From positions 1-61,525 of the forward strand of contig CAYRXT010000014.1 in the NCBI GenBank assembly GCA_964428315.1: a stretch of 61,525 nucleotides of DNA, written 5' to 3'. Shown here in pieces: positions 17,315 to 27,253 of the stretch. The notes under the pieces were generated by a model. That model was given only the letters and a program-made list of their open reading frames with translations. It was not told where the DNA came from and did no database searches. This DNA is from an uncultured Planctomycetales bacterium (GTDB taxonomy: Bacteria; Omnitrophota; Gorgyraeia; Zapsychrales; CAYRXT01). Within the stretch, counting starts at the first letter, position 1, and each line of letters begins with the position of its first letter. Both the position numbers and the translations under genes were made by a program.

Positions 17315-19180
17315 CTACTCCTCACTTGTCAGTAAATGCTCAATGACTTTGCTGGCCAGCGTGCAATACGTATTTGCGTAGAATCTTTTATAGTTAAAAA
17401 AATGGATCATTACCTCCCTATCCTTAATATAACATTTTATTGTTTCCGGAGTTGGAAGAAACGCTTTATATCTTTCTTCCCCTAATGGCTGGAGAGGACA
17501 ATTCGTTTTTTTTGCAATCAAGTTAAAAAAACCCTGACTCCATTTCCATGTATGTCCGGGCTCATGGATTACTTTCTGAAGGGCATGTTCAATGACAGCA
17601 AAATCGATGATCTGTTTATTATAACCTGCGAAACCGATATTAATATTGCCGACTTCCTCTAATCGATATTTTCTGAATAAATCACTGTGGGGCAAAAGAG
17701 TTTCCACATGATAAATTAATGTTTGTGAATTGTTTCGGATCCAAGAAATAATCTCCGTTGGTCTCTTCAAAAAGAGTAAATCACTATCAAATGAAAAGAT
17801 CCGTTGGGTCTTGCTAAGAAGAGAATAGTCAAACAACTGCTTGGCATTGGGATATATTTTACGAAAATACCGACAGTTTGAAAATGAAGAAAGAGCCTCT
17901 AAGACTTTCGCGTCTGCTTCCTGCAAACTAATGATTGAGACATCTTTAATATGGGCCTCAAGAATAGCTTTGTCGCTATCGTTCAGTGTCCCGTCGTCAT
18001 GAACAATAACGGCGATGTCTTTAAAAAATCTCAAAAAAGATTTTATCGCAAGAAGATACATCAGACAGTCGTTATGGCTGACAAGAGAATGAAATTCGAT
18101 ATCAGCTTTTGGATGACAAGACATTTGTCTTGTCTGGAGGATTTTCCTGAACAGGAGCCTTTTAACAAAAGGAACCTTGGAAGCCAGCATATTAAACGAT
18201 GCATAAAAAAAATAATGATAGGAGTATTTGCGGCTAACAAAAGTATTGTACAAAACATGCACATTGTTCTTTTGTTGCAGAAAAAAAGAACAAACGATAG
18301 GCAACCCTCCTTTTAAACGGATATACGTATAATGGAAAGCCCCTATGATTTCCCTAATTATACAAGGCCTTTCATCGAAAGAATCCCAAAACTTTATATT
18401 ATGGAAACCGATGGTTACTCTCATCCAATAAAACAAATATAGAAATTCTCCTGAAAAAATGCGCTTTAGATAGTAGGCCCCCCGACCGTGGTCATAAAAT
18501 CTTATGACTTTCGCCAACTCAAGGCTTTTGGGTTTACGGCCATGGTGGTGATAGACCGTAAGTTCAGGAATAACTGCCCCCGTAAAACCAACCTTGGAAG
18601 CTCTTGCCAGAATATCTGTATCTGAATCCGAAAAAGGTGTTCCCACGCCAATGAAAGGATCAAAGTTTCCGACTCTTTCTAAGACTTTCCTTTTAAAAAC
18701 CATATTACAACCAGAAATTTTTCCTGAAACAACAATGCTTTTGGGAGGGATTATTTCAAAATTATTCTGAAAGTTACAGCAAAAATGGGAATCAGATGGA
18801 TCGTACGGAAGCATTCGTCCACCGCAATAATCAAACCTGTTGGAATCCATTACTTTTTTTACTTGCATTAAATAACCTTCTTCTAAATAACAATCATCAT
18901 CTGTGAAAATTATAATCTCCCCTTCGGCTTTTGCAGCTCCTGCATTTCTAGCATTAGATAATCCCACCTTCTTCTCGTCGACAATCTTGACGGGAAATAA
19001 AGCTTTTTTTTGAAATGACAAAATGACTTGTTTGGTCTTATCTGTTGATGCATTATCGACAATGATTAATTCACTCCGGGTTTCCAGCATCTCTGCCCGA
19101 GAAATTGTTTCGAGAGATTTTTCCAAAACCAACGCTCTGTTTCGAGAACATATAATTAGCGAAATAAGTGGTTTACTCAT
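17315..19180 (-). CDS. Two-domain glycosyltransferase (GT2 + second GT-A-like domain)
   Basis: N-half IIVDNASTD, FTDDDC; C-half IVHDDG and FDSDLLF DxD-type motifs. Confidence 0.78.
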   Translation of the reverse strand: MSKPLISLIICSRNRALVLEKSLETISRAEMLETRSELIIVDNASTDKTKQVILSFQKKALFPVKIVDEKKVGLSNARNAGAAKAEGEIIIFTDDDCYLEEGYLMQVKKVMDSNRFDYCGGRMLPYDPSDSHFCCNFQNNFEIIPPKSIVVSGKISGCNMVFKRKVLERVGNFDPFIGVGTPFSDSDTDILARASKVGFTGAVIPELTVYHHHGRKPKSLELAKVIRFYDHGRGAYYLKRIFSGEFLYLFYWMRVTIGFHNIKFWDSFDERPCIIREIIGAFHYTYIRLKGGLPIVCSFFLQQKNNVHVLYNTFVSRKYSYHYFFYASFNMLASKVPFVKRLLFRKILQTRQMSCHPKADIEFHSLVSHNDCLMYLLAIKSFLRFFKDIAVIVHDDGTLNDSDKAILEAHIKDVSIISLQEADAKVLEALSSFSNCRYFRKIYPNAKQLFDYSLLSKTQRIFSFDSDLLFLKRPTEIISWIRNNSQTLIYHVETLLPHSDLFRKYRLEEVGNINIGFAGYNKQIIDFAVIEHALQKVIHEPGHTWKWSQGFFNLIAKKTNCPLQPLGEERYKAFLPTPETIKCYIKDREVMIHFFNYKRFYANTYCTLASKVIEHLLTSEE

Positions 19181-19312
19181 GAGCAACCCTTGTTTTCCCT
19201 CACGGCATCCCTATGAGCAGATTATCTCCCTTTTCTTATTGTCCAATTTTAACAGGGGTCGAAAAGGATTTTATGTGGTGTTTTGTGTCTCATTTTAAAG
19301 ACTCTGGCATCC

Positions 19313-20329
19313 TCATTTTCGCTGTTGCTCCTTTAATCTCATCTTATTATTTTGCTCAACAGAATACACCTTTTGTATAAATGCCTGCGGCATAAAAAAA
19401 TACACTAAACAGCCAATACAAAAAGCTGTGTGAAGAATGAAATGCCCGGGGTACGCACAGACAGTTTGCAACCCGCTCCTTGCTTTTGCCGCACTGCCGT
19501 GATAATACGGCAAATAAAGAAATAGAACCAAGCACAGGAATACGGCCTCACCCGTAAAAGGCGCCCCTAAATATCCAATAAGCAGAAACACAAGCATAAA
19601 TATCATCAGGTAACTGCCGCATGGCAAATACGGAAAATGCCTGAATTTAACAAGCATATAAGTTGTTACATAACCATATAAAAACTGCTGCACGATGCTG
19701 CCTTTAAGCGTGTTGCGATGAGAGTGAGAAACTATTGCCTGATGGGTATAAAATACTTTATACCCGTGTCTGCGGCACTGCCAACACAGCTCTGTATCAT
19801 CGCCAGCAGCAAACTTCAAACGTTCATTATACGGATGTCGTAACACAAATTCTCGGCGGAAAGCCATATTACACCCTATGACCCTTTTGATATATCCACT
19901 GTCATGCGCAACAAAAGTATTAAAACCATTATTCACCATCTGCCAATAATTCCGAGCAGGCATATCAACCACTCTGCCACCAACAATCATTATATTTTTA
20001 TCCTGGTAAAAAGGCTTGATCAGCTCTGTGAGCCAGTCCGGGTCAGCGATACAATCCGAATCAATCATAACAACAAACTCCCCGCGACTCAATTCCACCC
20101 CCTGATTACGTGCGCAACTGACCCCTCTATTGTTTTCCTGAAAATACAGTTTTATCCTTCGGGCATATTTGTCGAGTATTTCCCGAGTTCCATCTGTCGA
20201 CCCATCGTCAACAACAATAACCTCATAATCGCTCATAGTCTGATTGAACACAGAATTCAGGCATTTTTTAAGAAATTTGTCTCTGTTAAAAACCGGAATA
20301 ACTACGGAAACAAGCATTTTCATTAACAC
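19313..20329 (-). CDS. GT2 glycosyltransferase with C-terminal TM segments
   Basis: SVVIPVFN, VVDDGSTD, ARNQG, IDSDC. Confidence 0.88.
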   Translation of the reverse strand: MLMKMLVSVVIPVFNRDKFLKKCLNSVFNQTMSDYEVIVVDDGSTDGTREILDKYARRIKLYFQENNRGVSCARNQGVELSRGEFVVMIDSDCIADPDWLTELIKPFYQDKNIMIVGGRVVDMPARNYWQMVNNGFNTFVAHDSGYIKRVIGCNMAFRREFVLRHPYNERLKFAAGDDTELCWQCRRHGYKVFYTHQAIVSHSHRNTLKGSIVQQFLYGYVTTYMLVKFRHFPYLPCGSYLMIFMLVFLLIGYLGAPFTGEAVFLCLVLFLYLPYYHGSAAKARSGLQTVCAYPGHFILHTAFCIGCLVYFFMPQAFIQKVYSVEQNNKMRLKEQQRK

Positions 20330-21238
20330 TCAATAATAGAATAACCGTTTCTTGAATGGCCCTAACAAAACACCCAAACTGATGTTACCCCACTGGCGTT
20401 TCCTGCATGTCGGAACGAAATAATAAGGAAGAAATCTCAGGGCGTTGAGATAAACTAGGATCCATACCGGCAGGGAATACTCTCTCCGAAGATTCATGAT
20501 GGACTGCCCGATGCATAAGGGCTTCCTAAGGGAGTCAAAAAATAATGGCGGGTGAAAATAGCAGGCCGCGTCCGTACTGGCGACCGTCACCCCCTTCAAA
20601 GACAGCCGGATCTCGATTTCGACATCCTCGTAAGTGGCCATGCAGTGCTTAAAACCTCTCACGCCCAAAAGGGTTTCCCGCCTGTAAACACAGCAGCGGT
20701 TGGAAAAAGAATATTCATCGAGAAAATCATATCTTTGCCGCACGAGACCGTAGAGGGGGCTTGCGCGAACCAAAAGGACATCCGGCCCCCCCTTTGAGAA
20801 TATAGACAGGACCGTCGAAAGGAAATCCCTTTGCAGAATGCGGGTATCATCATCCAGCAGGACGATATATTCGCCCCGGGCCATGGCCAGACTCATATTC
20901 CTCAAACGTCCGAGCACCCTGACCTGCGGGTCAAGACTCCGGGAAACGACGTGCATCGTGTGTGCGTAACGCCCGATAATGTCATCGACCGCCCGTCCTC
21001 CGCCGTCGTTCACGACGACGACCTCGTACCTCTCCTTTTCGAGGCTCTGGCCGGCAAGGTCTCCCAAGAGACCATCGAGTTCGGATAGACGGCGGGCCGT
21101 GCACACCAGACAGCACGAGACGAAACCCGGCCGCGCCTCCCGGATGTCTTCCGTTAAGTCTCCGCTTAAATCAAACGGGAAACGACGGTACACCCATTTA
21201 AGGAATCCTGTCCTTTTTTCTTTCATGTCATCAGCCAA
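20330..21238 (-). CDS. GT2 glycosyltransferase
   Basis: EVVVVNDG, LRNMSL, LLDDDT, YEDVE. Confidence 0.8.
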   Translation of the reverse strand: MADDMKEKRTGFLKWVYRRFPFDLSGDLTEDIREARPGFVSCCLVCTARRLSELDGLLGDLAGQSLEKERYEVVVVNDGGGRAVDDIIGRYAHTMHVVSRSLDPQVRVLGRLRNMSLAMARGEYIVLLDDDTRILQRDFLSTVLSIFSKGGPDVLLVRASPLYGLVRQRYDFLDEYSFSNRCCVYRRETLLGVRGFKHCMATYEDVEIEIRLSLKGVTVASTDAACYFHPPLFFDSLRKPLCIGQSIMNLRREYSLPVWILVYLNALRFLPYYFVPTCRKRQWGNISLGVLLGPFKKRLFYY

Positions 21239-21282
21239 AGTGTAGTTCGAATCATGCCTCTCATCTCTACGGCCGGATAAAC

Positions 21283-22203
21283 TTATGGACCATTCTTTCG
21301 CGCGAAGACCGTAATGTTATCGTTCTTCCGCAAGACCACGCCGGCCCCGATCAAAGGGAGAGTCGGTAACAATCGCATAAAAACAGGGACTTTTCGGTAA
21401 CATCTCCCCCAGAATGATCCCTCGCCTAAAAGGCGGGCGAGACTCGGCGCATACCATAAAGGCGAAGCTGTTTGGTACAGGCATTCGATCTTAAATCCTT
21501 GATTCTCCAATAGTCTCCGCAAGATTCGAGGCGTAAAAAAATGCAAGTGCCAGGGCAAGACCCATTCCCAGTTTTCACGAAATAAATGCCGTCCGACACA
21601 ATCGATGTTGGGAACGACAATGAGAAAGACCCCGTCTTTTTTTAATATTTTTTTCACCTGCATAAGAACCTTATCAGGCTGTGCGATGTGTTCCAGAACA
21701 TGGCGCATGATAACGATGTCAAAGTCCTGACCGGTTTCATACTCCTCAACAGGTTTTGTGATGACGTTTAAACCATAACGTTCTCTCGCAACGTGATATC
21801 GTGTTTCTGAAGATTCAAGACCCGTGACAACAAACCCGTTCTCCCGCCAGATGCCTGTTGTCCAACCTGTCCCGCATCCTATATCCAGAAGTCTAGGCGA
21901 AGGGGTTTTGATAATTTTTTTTACGTTGCGTATTTCTCTCATGATAACCATATTCTTGTATAACCGCTTCAATAATTTGCTGCCGAACAATTCCGCATCC
22001 TCAACACTTTCCATCCGCCGGGAAGGGAAATCTGTCAATGGAAGAGGATGCGCAAACAAGTGGCCGCAAAGATGGCAACGAACGATATCCACGGCCTTGC
22101 CCTCATAATCGTACTGATAAACGGCCTCCGCTGCCGAACTGCCACATACCGCGCAGGGGCATTCTCTTTGTGCGTCCTTTTCGATTTTTTTTAACACCGC
22201 CAT
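21283..22203 (-). CDS. Class I SAM-dependent methyltransferase with N-terminal Zn-binding CxxC pairs
   Basis: CAVC...CHLC, LLDIGCGTG, HVLEHI, WHLHFFT; start at ATG 22203. Confidence 0.87.
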   Translation of the reverse strand: MAVLKKIEKDAQRECPCAVCGSSAAEAVYQYDYEGKAVDIVRCHLCGHLFAHPLPLTDFPSRRMESVEDAELFGSKLLKRLYKNMVIMREIRNVKKIIKTPSPRLLDIGCGTGWTTGIWRENGFVVTGLESSETRYHVARERYGLNVITKPVEEYETGQDFDIVIMRHVLEHIAQPDKVLMQVKKILKKDGVFLIVVPNIDCVGRHLFRENWEWVLPWHLHFFTPRILRRLLENQGFKIECLYQTASPLWYAPSLARLLGEGSFWGRCYRKVPVFMRLLPTLPLIGAGVVLRKNDNITVFARKNGP

Positions 22204-22207
22204 CCCG

Positions 22208-23353
22208 TCACCCCGCCCACAGCTTCCGGGCAACCGCCCCCAGGACCTCGTCCATGTCCAGGTGCCGCATGCAATGGCAGTTTTCCCGGCAGGAGACGAC
22301 CGTGTAGCCGAAATACGTGCAGGGCGAACACTTTTCCTTGGTCGAGAGGATCGCGTGCATGTCGCCGCGCGGCCCCCACTTCTTCCGGTTGCCGGGGCCG
22401 AACAGTGCCACGGCGGGCTTCCCCACCGCGCAGGCCAGGTGCATGATCCCCGAATCCGCTCCGACAAACAGACGGCTGCGTTCGATCAGCGCCGCGGTCT
22501 GTGTCAATGTCGTCCTTCCCGCGTAATTGTGCGCCCGCTCATCCTTCAGCGCCCCGCAGACCGCCCCGGCCTGCGCGGCGGCCTCCCCTCCGCCGAGAAA
22601 GACCGCATGGTAACCTTTCTCCAGGACAAAGCCGGCTATCGTCTTCACCTGGTCGTCCGTCAGCCGCCTTGCCGGGACCGAGCCGCCCAGACCAAGCGTC
22701 ACGCACGTCCTGACCGGCCGGCGCAGGGCCCACTCCTGGTCCTCCTCGGGCACGTCGAAGGCGTAATTTATGTTGTCCAGCCTTTCGGTCCCCTCCAGCA
22801 GGAACGCGAACAGATTCCTGAAATTGTTCAGCTCGTATTCGTCCTGGCGGTAGCCTGCGCGATGCTCAAAAAGTTTCGCGCGGAGAGGGCGGGATTCGAA
22901 CCCCACACGGAAATCGCTTTTGAGAAAGTAGGCCGTCAGGGCGCTGGCGTAGTGCCACTGCTCGGTGTCCACGACGACATCGAACCGTTTCCTGAACAGG
23001 GTCCGCAACGCGCCCCCGTCATCCCAGCAGACGACCTCGTCGCAGAGCCCCTTCTGGGAGGCCAAGACCGCGCGGTTGCGTCTTTCGCAAAGGACGCTCA
23101 GGCGCGCGGCCGGATGGCGCCTGCGCACGGCCTTGAGGACCGGCAGGAGGAACACGGCGTCCCCGATGCCGCCGGGACGAATCACCAGGATCGAATCCGG
23201 CGCGATCAGCGGGGTCACGACGATCCTCCGGCCCCGGACCAGGCGGGCGGCCAGTCCGCCCGCCAGGTGGTCGACAAGTTTGATGAACCTGAGGCGGGCC
23301 GTCCCCTGCGAACGGATGATATCCCAAAAACCGATGCGGACGTCTTCTTTCAT
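22208..23353 (-). CDS. GT9 (heptosyltransferase-family) glycosyltransferase
   Basis: GGIGDAV, DSGIMHLACAVG, ALFGP, CSPC. Confidence 0.88.
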   Translation of the reverse strand: MKEDVRIGFWDIIRSQGTARLRFIKLVDHLAGGLAARLVRGRRIVVTPLIAPDSILVIRPGGIGDAVFLLPVLKAVRRRHPAARLSVLCERRNRAVLASQKGLCDEVVCWDDGGALRTLFRKRFDVVVDTEQWHYASALTAYFLKSDFRVGFESRPLRAKLFEHRAGYRQDEYELNNFRNLFAFLLEGTERLDNINYAFDVPEEDQEWALRRPVRTCVTLGLGGSVPARRLTDDQVKTIAGFVLEKGYHAVFLGGGEAAAQAGAVCGALKDERAHNYAGRTTLTQTAALIERSRLFVGADSGIMHLACAVGKPAVALFGPGNRKKWGPRGDMHAILSTKEKCSPCTYFGYTVVSCRENCHCMRHLDMDEVLGAVARKLWAG

Positions 23354-23365
23354 GTCGGCGTCCCG

Positions 23366-24253
23366 TTACCCTCCGAAGGGATAATAAAGCATGAACACAA
23401 TATAGATGACCCACAACGCCAGGTTGACGAGCGAGGCCCGGTCGGAAAGGATCACATCGCCGGGGTCATCGCCGGTTTTTTTGACGTTCACCAGATAAAT
23501 ATACCGGAAGATCCCGTAAATCACAAAGACCAGCGAGTACACCATGCTCTCGCGCGCCATGCCCTGCCCGTCGTCGGACGAAAAGGTGTAGAGGCTGTAA
23601 AACACGACGGTCAGCGTCGCGGTGATCATAATCAGCTGGTCAAGGACGTAGACCGGATAATGCGCCAGGGCCCCCCTGTGCCGGACGGCCCTTTCCCGCA
23701 GGATGTTCAGCTCGCTCTTGCGTTTGGCCAGCGCAAGAAAAAGGGCGATAAGGAACACGCAGGTCTGCAGCCAGACCGACGGCAGGACCCCCGCCGCCAC
23801 CGACCCCGCCCAGATCCTGAGATGGTACCCGACGGCCACAAAGATCACGTCCACGAGAACCATGCGCTTGGCGAAATAGTTGTAACCCAGATGCAGGGCG
23901 ATATAGACCACGGCCACGGACAGGACAAAAGGGCTGACCGCGGAGCATAACAGCAGGCCCAGGGCCGTGGCCAGGAACATGACGCCGCGGGCGCACCCCG
24001 CGGAACAGGCGCCCCCGGCCAGGGGCCTCGCGGCCTTCTTGGGATGGATCCGGTCCGCCTCCACGTCCATGAGGTCGTTAAGGATATAGATCCCTCCGGC
24101 GATGCCGCAAAACCCCAAAAAGGTCAGCAGGCTGTCCAGGGCCAGGTCCGGCCGGAACAGGCGTCCGGAGAAGATCAGGGGGAAAAAGACAAACAGGTTC
24201 TTCAGCCATTGTTTGACCCTCAAGAGATTCAGAAAATTCACGACATGGTTCAT
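23366..24253 (-). CDS. UbiA-family polyprenyl-phosphate phosphoribosyltransferase-like protein
   Basis: RVKQWLKNLFVF, YILNDLMDVEADRIHPKKAARPLAGG, KRKSEL, YGIFRY. Confidence 0.88.
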   Translation of the reverse strand: MNHVVNFLNLLRVKQWLKNLFVFFPLIFSGRLFRPDLALDSLLTFLGFCGIAGGIYILNDLMDVEADRIHPKKAARPLAGGACSAGCARGVMFLATALGLLLCSAVSPFVLSVAVVYIALHLGYNYFAKRMVLVDVIFVAVGYHLRIWAGSVAAGVLPSVWLQTCVFLIALFLALAKRKSELNILRERAVRHRGALAHYPVYVLDQLIMITATLTVVFYSLYTFSSDDGQGMARESMVYSLVFVIYGIFRYIYLVNVKKTGDDPGDVILSDRASLVNLALWVIYIVFMLYYPFGG

Positions 24254-26244
24254 CGCGCGTCTCCCTGTACTGTGAGCGTTAAAATGTTCTGGAAATGCTT
24301 CTGCGGGTGGAGCAGGTCCGGCTGCGAAGACTCCAGCTCCGCCATGCGGTCGCGGCTGATATTCTCCAGCCCCACGAAGAGGAGGTATTCGCCGGGCGGC
24401 GTCTCGGGAAGCTGCAGCCAGAAGTTCTCCCTGTAAAACCGGTCCGGCCTCCAGTGATCGGACTGGTACACCCCGTAACCGACGTCATGGCGAACGATCT
24501 CCACCTCCCGCCCCTTCCGGACCAGCGAAAAGACCATCCTGTATTTGTCCGCGACCTCCTCCCTCGCCTTCCAGTAGACCGAAAGAGGCTCAACGCCTTT
24601 CAGGGGCCGGAACGAGTCCGGGTTCTTGGCCACGACACATTCAATAAGCCCGTCGGCGACGATCCGCGGCGCCTGCCCGGGAACCCCGGCAAAGGGATCG
24701 GGCCTCTCTTCCCATAAAACCTCCCCCGCGCCCCGCCGTTTCCTTTCCAGCAGGACCACGTCGCCCGCCGCGCCGGTCACGGCCCAGGGGTTCTCCTCCA
24801 AAAAGGCCCGCACGCGTCGCGTCACCCTCCGGGAAACCTCTTCTCCCTTAAGATAGAGACGGTGCGTCAGCCAGCCGTCCGAGAAGTCGACCAGCGCGTA
24901 CCCGACGTGCGCAGGCAGGACGTACGCGCGCCCCTCCGAATGGAAAAAATCATCGTAGACCATATGGAGCGCGTAAAGATACCGCCGCGCGGACAACTCG
25001 GGAAGGAAGGCAAACGTGGCGGCGGCCGGCGCGTCACGGGGAATCCTCCCGACTAGCTCCCATTTGTTCCGGTTCAGGAGACCGTGCGTCTCGTAATGAC
25101 GGATCCGATGATCGATATTGTCTTCGTGCCACCAGATGTTGAAGAGGTGCAGTCCGACGAACATCAGAAGGAGGACGTAATATGCCCAGCGGCACCGCCG
25201 TTGTTTCAGCCGGCGGTCAATCCTCCGCATGACGAAGAAAAAGGCCAGAAAAAGAAACGGCATCACCGGCAGCATATAATGATAATAGATGCTGTGCTCC
25301 TGGACCTGGTTCGAAAGGAGATGCTGGAAGAGCACCGGCGCGCACAGAAGCACAACCCGCGGACAAAGAAGCGGCAGGAACAAAAAGGGCAGAAAAAGGT
25401 TCAGCAGCAGGATGCCGTTCTGCTCGAGGGCCAGCTGCCTGAAGATCGTCCCGGGCCGGGAGATCGCGCCCAAGACCATGTTGTCCGAACCCGCGCCCAG
25501 GTGGGCGTAGTGGCCCAGATACGGGTGGGCGTCCGTCCCGCTGAAGGCCGGAATGACCCTGGCCGTCAAAAGAAAAAACACGGCCAGGCTCACCCCTAAA
25601 GGGATCACGCCCCAGGCCAGACGGCTGCGGCCGCCGGACAACAGGCCGCAGACCCCGAACACGGCGACCACCAGCGGCATGTTCTCCTTCAATGTCATCA
25701 GGAGGGCCGACGTGATCCAGAAGGCGCGGATCCTCTTTTCGGAAAAAAAATAAAACAGCAGGAAAAGCATGACCGGGGACAGGCTTTCAAAATGGAATTC
25801 ATACAACACGCCGTAGATATTGGGGAGCGAGACAAGGTAGAGGAGCATGAACAGCAGGCCGGTACCCTTCCCCGTCCGTTTTTGGACGAAATAGTAGAAC
25901 ACGAAGCCAGCGGACAAATAGGCAAGGAGCTTGAGGAAGACAAGCGTCAGAGGGTGCGGGAAAACAGCGTAGAGCGGCAACAGCAGCAAGGCAAAAAAAT
26001 TGGAATGATTGGCAAAGAAAGGAATGCCGAAGAGAGAGACATGAAGACGTCCCGAGAGGAGATTCCACATGGCCTGGTTAAAAAAGGCCAGGTCCCAGTC
26101 GTAATATTGGAAGTAATAATATTTATAGAGCAGAATCCAGACCCAGAGGATCAGGAAGAAAACCCCTAGAGAAAAGGCCAAAAGATGGGCGCGGCAAAAG
26201 CGCGCCATCTTTTCGAAAACCGGTCTGGGATGAAAGATGTTCAA
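24250..26244 (-). CDS. DUF2079-like GT-C membrane glycosyltransferase
   Basis: DLAFFNQAMWN, FFANH, EFH, LKEN, YHY; multiple TM segments plus C-terminal soluble domain. Confidence 0.75.
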   Translation of the reverse strand: MNIFHPRPVFEKMARFCRAHLLAFSLGVFFLILWVWILLYKYYYFQYYDWDLAFFNQAMWNLLSGRLHVSLFGIPFFANHSNFFALLLLPLYAVFPHPLTLVFLKLLAYLSAGFVFYYFVQKRTGKGTGLLFMLLYLVSLPNIYGVLYEFHFESLSPVMLFLLFYFFSEKRIRAFWITSALLMTLKENMPLVVAVFGVCGLLSGGRSRLAWGVIPLGVSLAVFFLLTARVIPAFSGTDAHPYLGHYAHLGAGSDNMVLGAISRPGTIFRQLALEQNGILLLNLFLPFLFLPLLCPRVVLLCAPVLFQHLLSNQVQEHSIYYHYMLPVMPFLFLAFFFVMRRIDRRLKQRRCRWAYYVLLLMFVGLHLFNIWWHEDNIDHRIRHYETHGLLNRNKWELVGRIPRDAPAAATFAFLPELSARRYLYALHMVYDDFFHSEGRAYVLPAHVGYALVDFSDGWLTHRLYLKGEEVSRRVTRRVRAFLEENPWAVTGAAGDVVLLERKRRGAGEVLWEERPDPFAGVPGQAPRIVADGLIECVVAKNPDSFRPLKGVEPLSVYWKAREEVADKYRMVFSLVRKGREVEIVRHDVGYGVYQSDHWRPDRFYRENFWLQLPETPPGEYLLFVGLENISRDRMAELESSQPDLLHPQKHFQNILTLTVQGDAR

Positions 26245-26322
26245 GCGTGTCCCGGATGAGTTCTTGTTTTATGGTTCGTTTTTATTTTATCGTAAATCCG
26301 TTGTTTTTCAATACTAACATCG

Positions 26323-26378
26323 GTGGAGTTTCCCCGTTTCTTGCATTAGCCCGCGCAGACGGGGAAACCCGCCCGGCG
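26323..26378. repeat. Partial copy of dispersed intergenic repeat
   Basis: 46/56 ungapped identity to 29024-29079 by manual alignment. Confidence 0.75.
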
Positions 26379-26453
26379 GCCCGCGCAGGCAGGATAAAGT
26401 TTCCTGGGTTATGCCGCGGGTTTGTGTTATGATAAGTCAAACTTAATCGAGCC

Positions 26454-27251
26454 ATGACGCCGCCAATTGACCAAACGACACTTGTCTTCTGGACCCTGAC
26501 CACCGGAATCTTCAGCGCCCTGGCCACCGGGCTCGGCGCGATCCCCGTCCACTTTCTCCGTAACAGCTCGCGTTTCATCCGGAGTTTTTCCTCGGCGGTC
26601 GCCGCCGGCATGATGATCTCGGCCTCGGTCTTTTCTCTGGCCCAGGAAGGCATATCGCTCAAGGCGAGGTTTCCCTGGGCGCCCTATCTTGTCATCGCGG
26701 GACTGCTCCTGGGGGCGGGGTTCTTCTGGTGGACGGAAAGACGCTTTTCCGGTGAAAATGTGGATATTGCCTTTATGGGAAAAGGGGCCGGGAACCGCCG
26801 CGGCATGCTCATCCTCCTGTCGATGTTCATCCACTCTATCCCCGAAGGCATCGCGATAGGCGTCGGGTTCGCGACCGGCAACTTCCAGTTCGGCCTCATC
26901 ATGGCGCTGGCCATCTCTGTCCACAACATACCCGAGGGCATCTCCATCTCCCTGCCCTTAAAAAGCGACGGCGCATCGACCCTGCGATGCGCCATGCTCT
27001 CCATTCTGTCCAGTCTGCCTCAGCCCGTCATGGCCGTGCCCGCCGCGCTGCTGACCTGGCTGTTCCTTCCCGTTCTGCCGGTCGGGCTGGGATTCGCCGG
27101 CGGGGCCATGATCTACCTGGTCATCTCCGAGCTGATCCCCGACGCCCTGGAAGACGGCAGCCACGCCATCACGGCATGGGGCGTCATGATCGGGCTCTCC
27201 TTCATGCTCCTTATCACCAATCTCCTCAATCTCATCCCCCTGCCCGAATAA
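26454..27251 (+). CDS. ZIP-family (ZupT/GufA-like) divalent metal transporter
   Basis: HSIPEGIAIGV, HNIPEG, GFAGGAMIYLVISELIP. Confidence 0.92.
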   Translation: MTPPIDQTTLVFWTLTTGIFSALATGLGAIPVHFLRNSSRFIRSFSSAVAAGMMISASVFSLAQEGISLKARFPWAPYLVIAGLLLGAGFFWWTERRFSGENVDIAFMGKGAGNRRGMLILLSMFIHSIPEGIAIGVGFATGNFQFGLIMALAISVHNIPEGISISLPLKSDGASTLRCAMLSILSSLPQPVMAVPAALLTWLFLPVLPVGLGFAGGAMIYLVISELIPDALEDGSHAITAWGVMIGLSFMLLITNLLNLIPLPE

Positions 27252-27253
27252 GA

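Noticed and set aside
22262-23950. 562-aa plus-strand ORF
   Set aside because: Antisense shadow of GC-rich GT9 and UbiA genes; no recognisable motifs.
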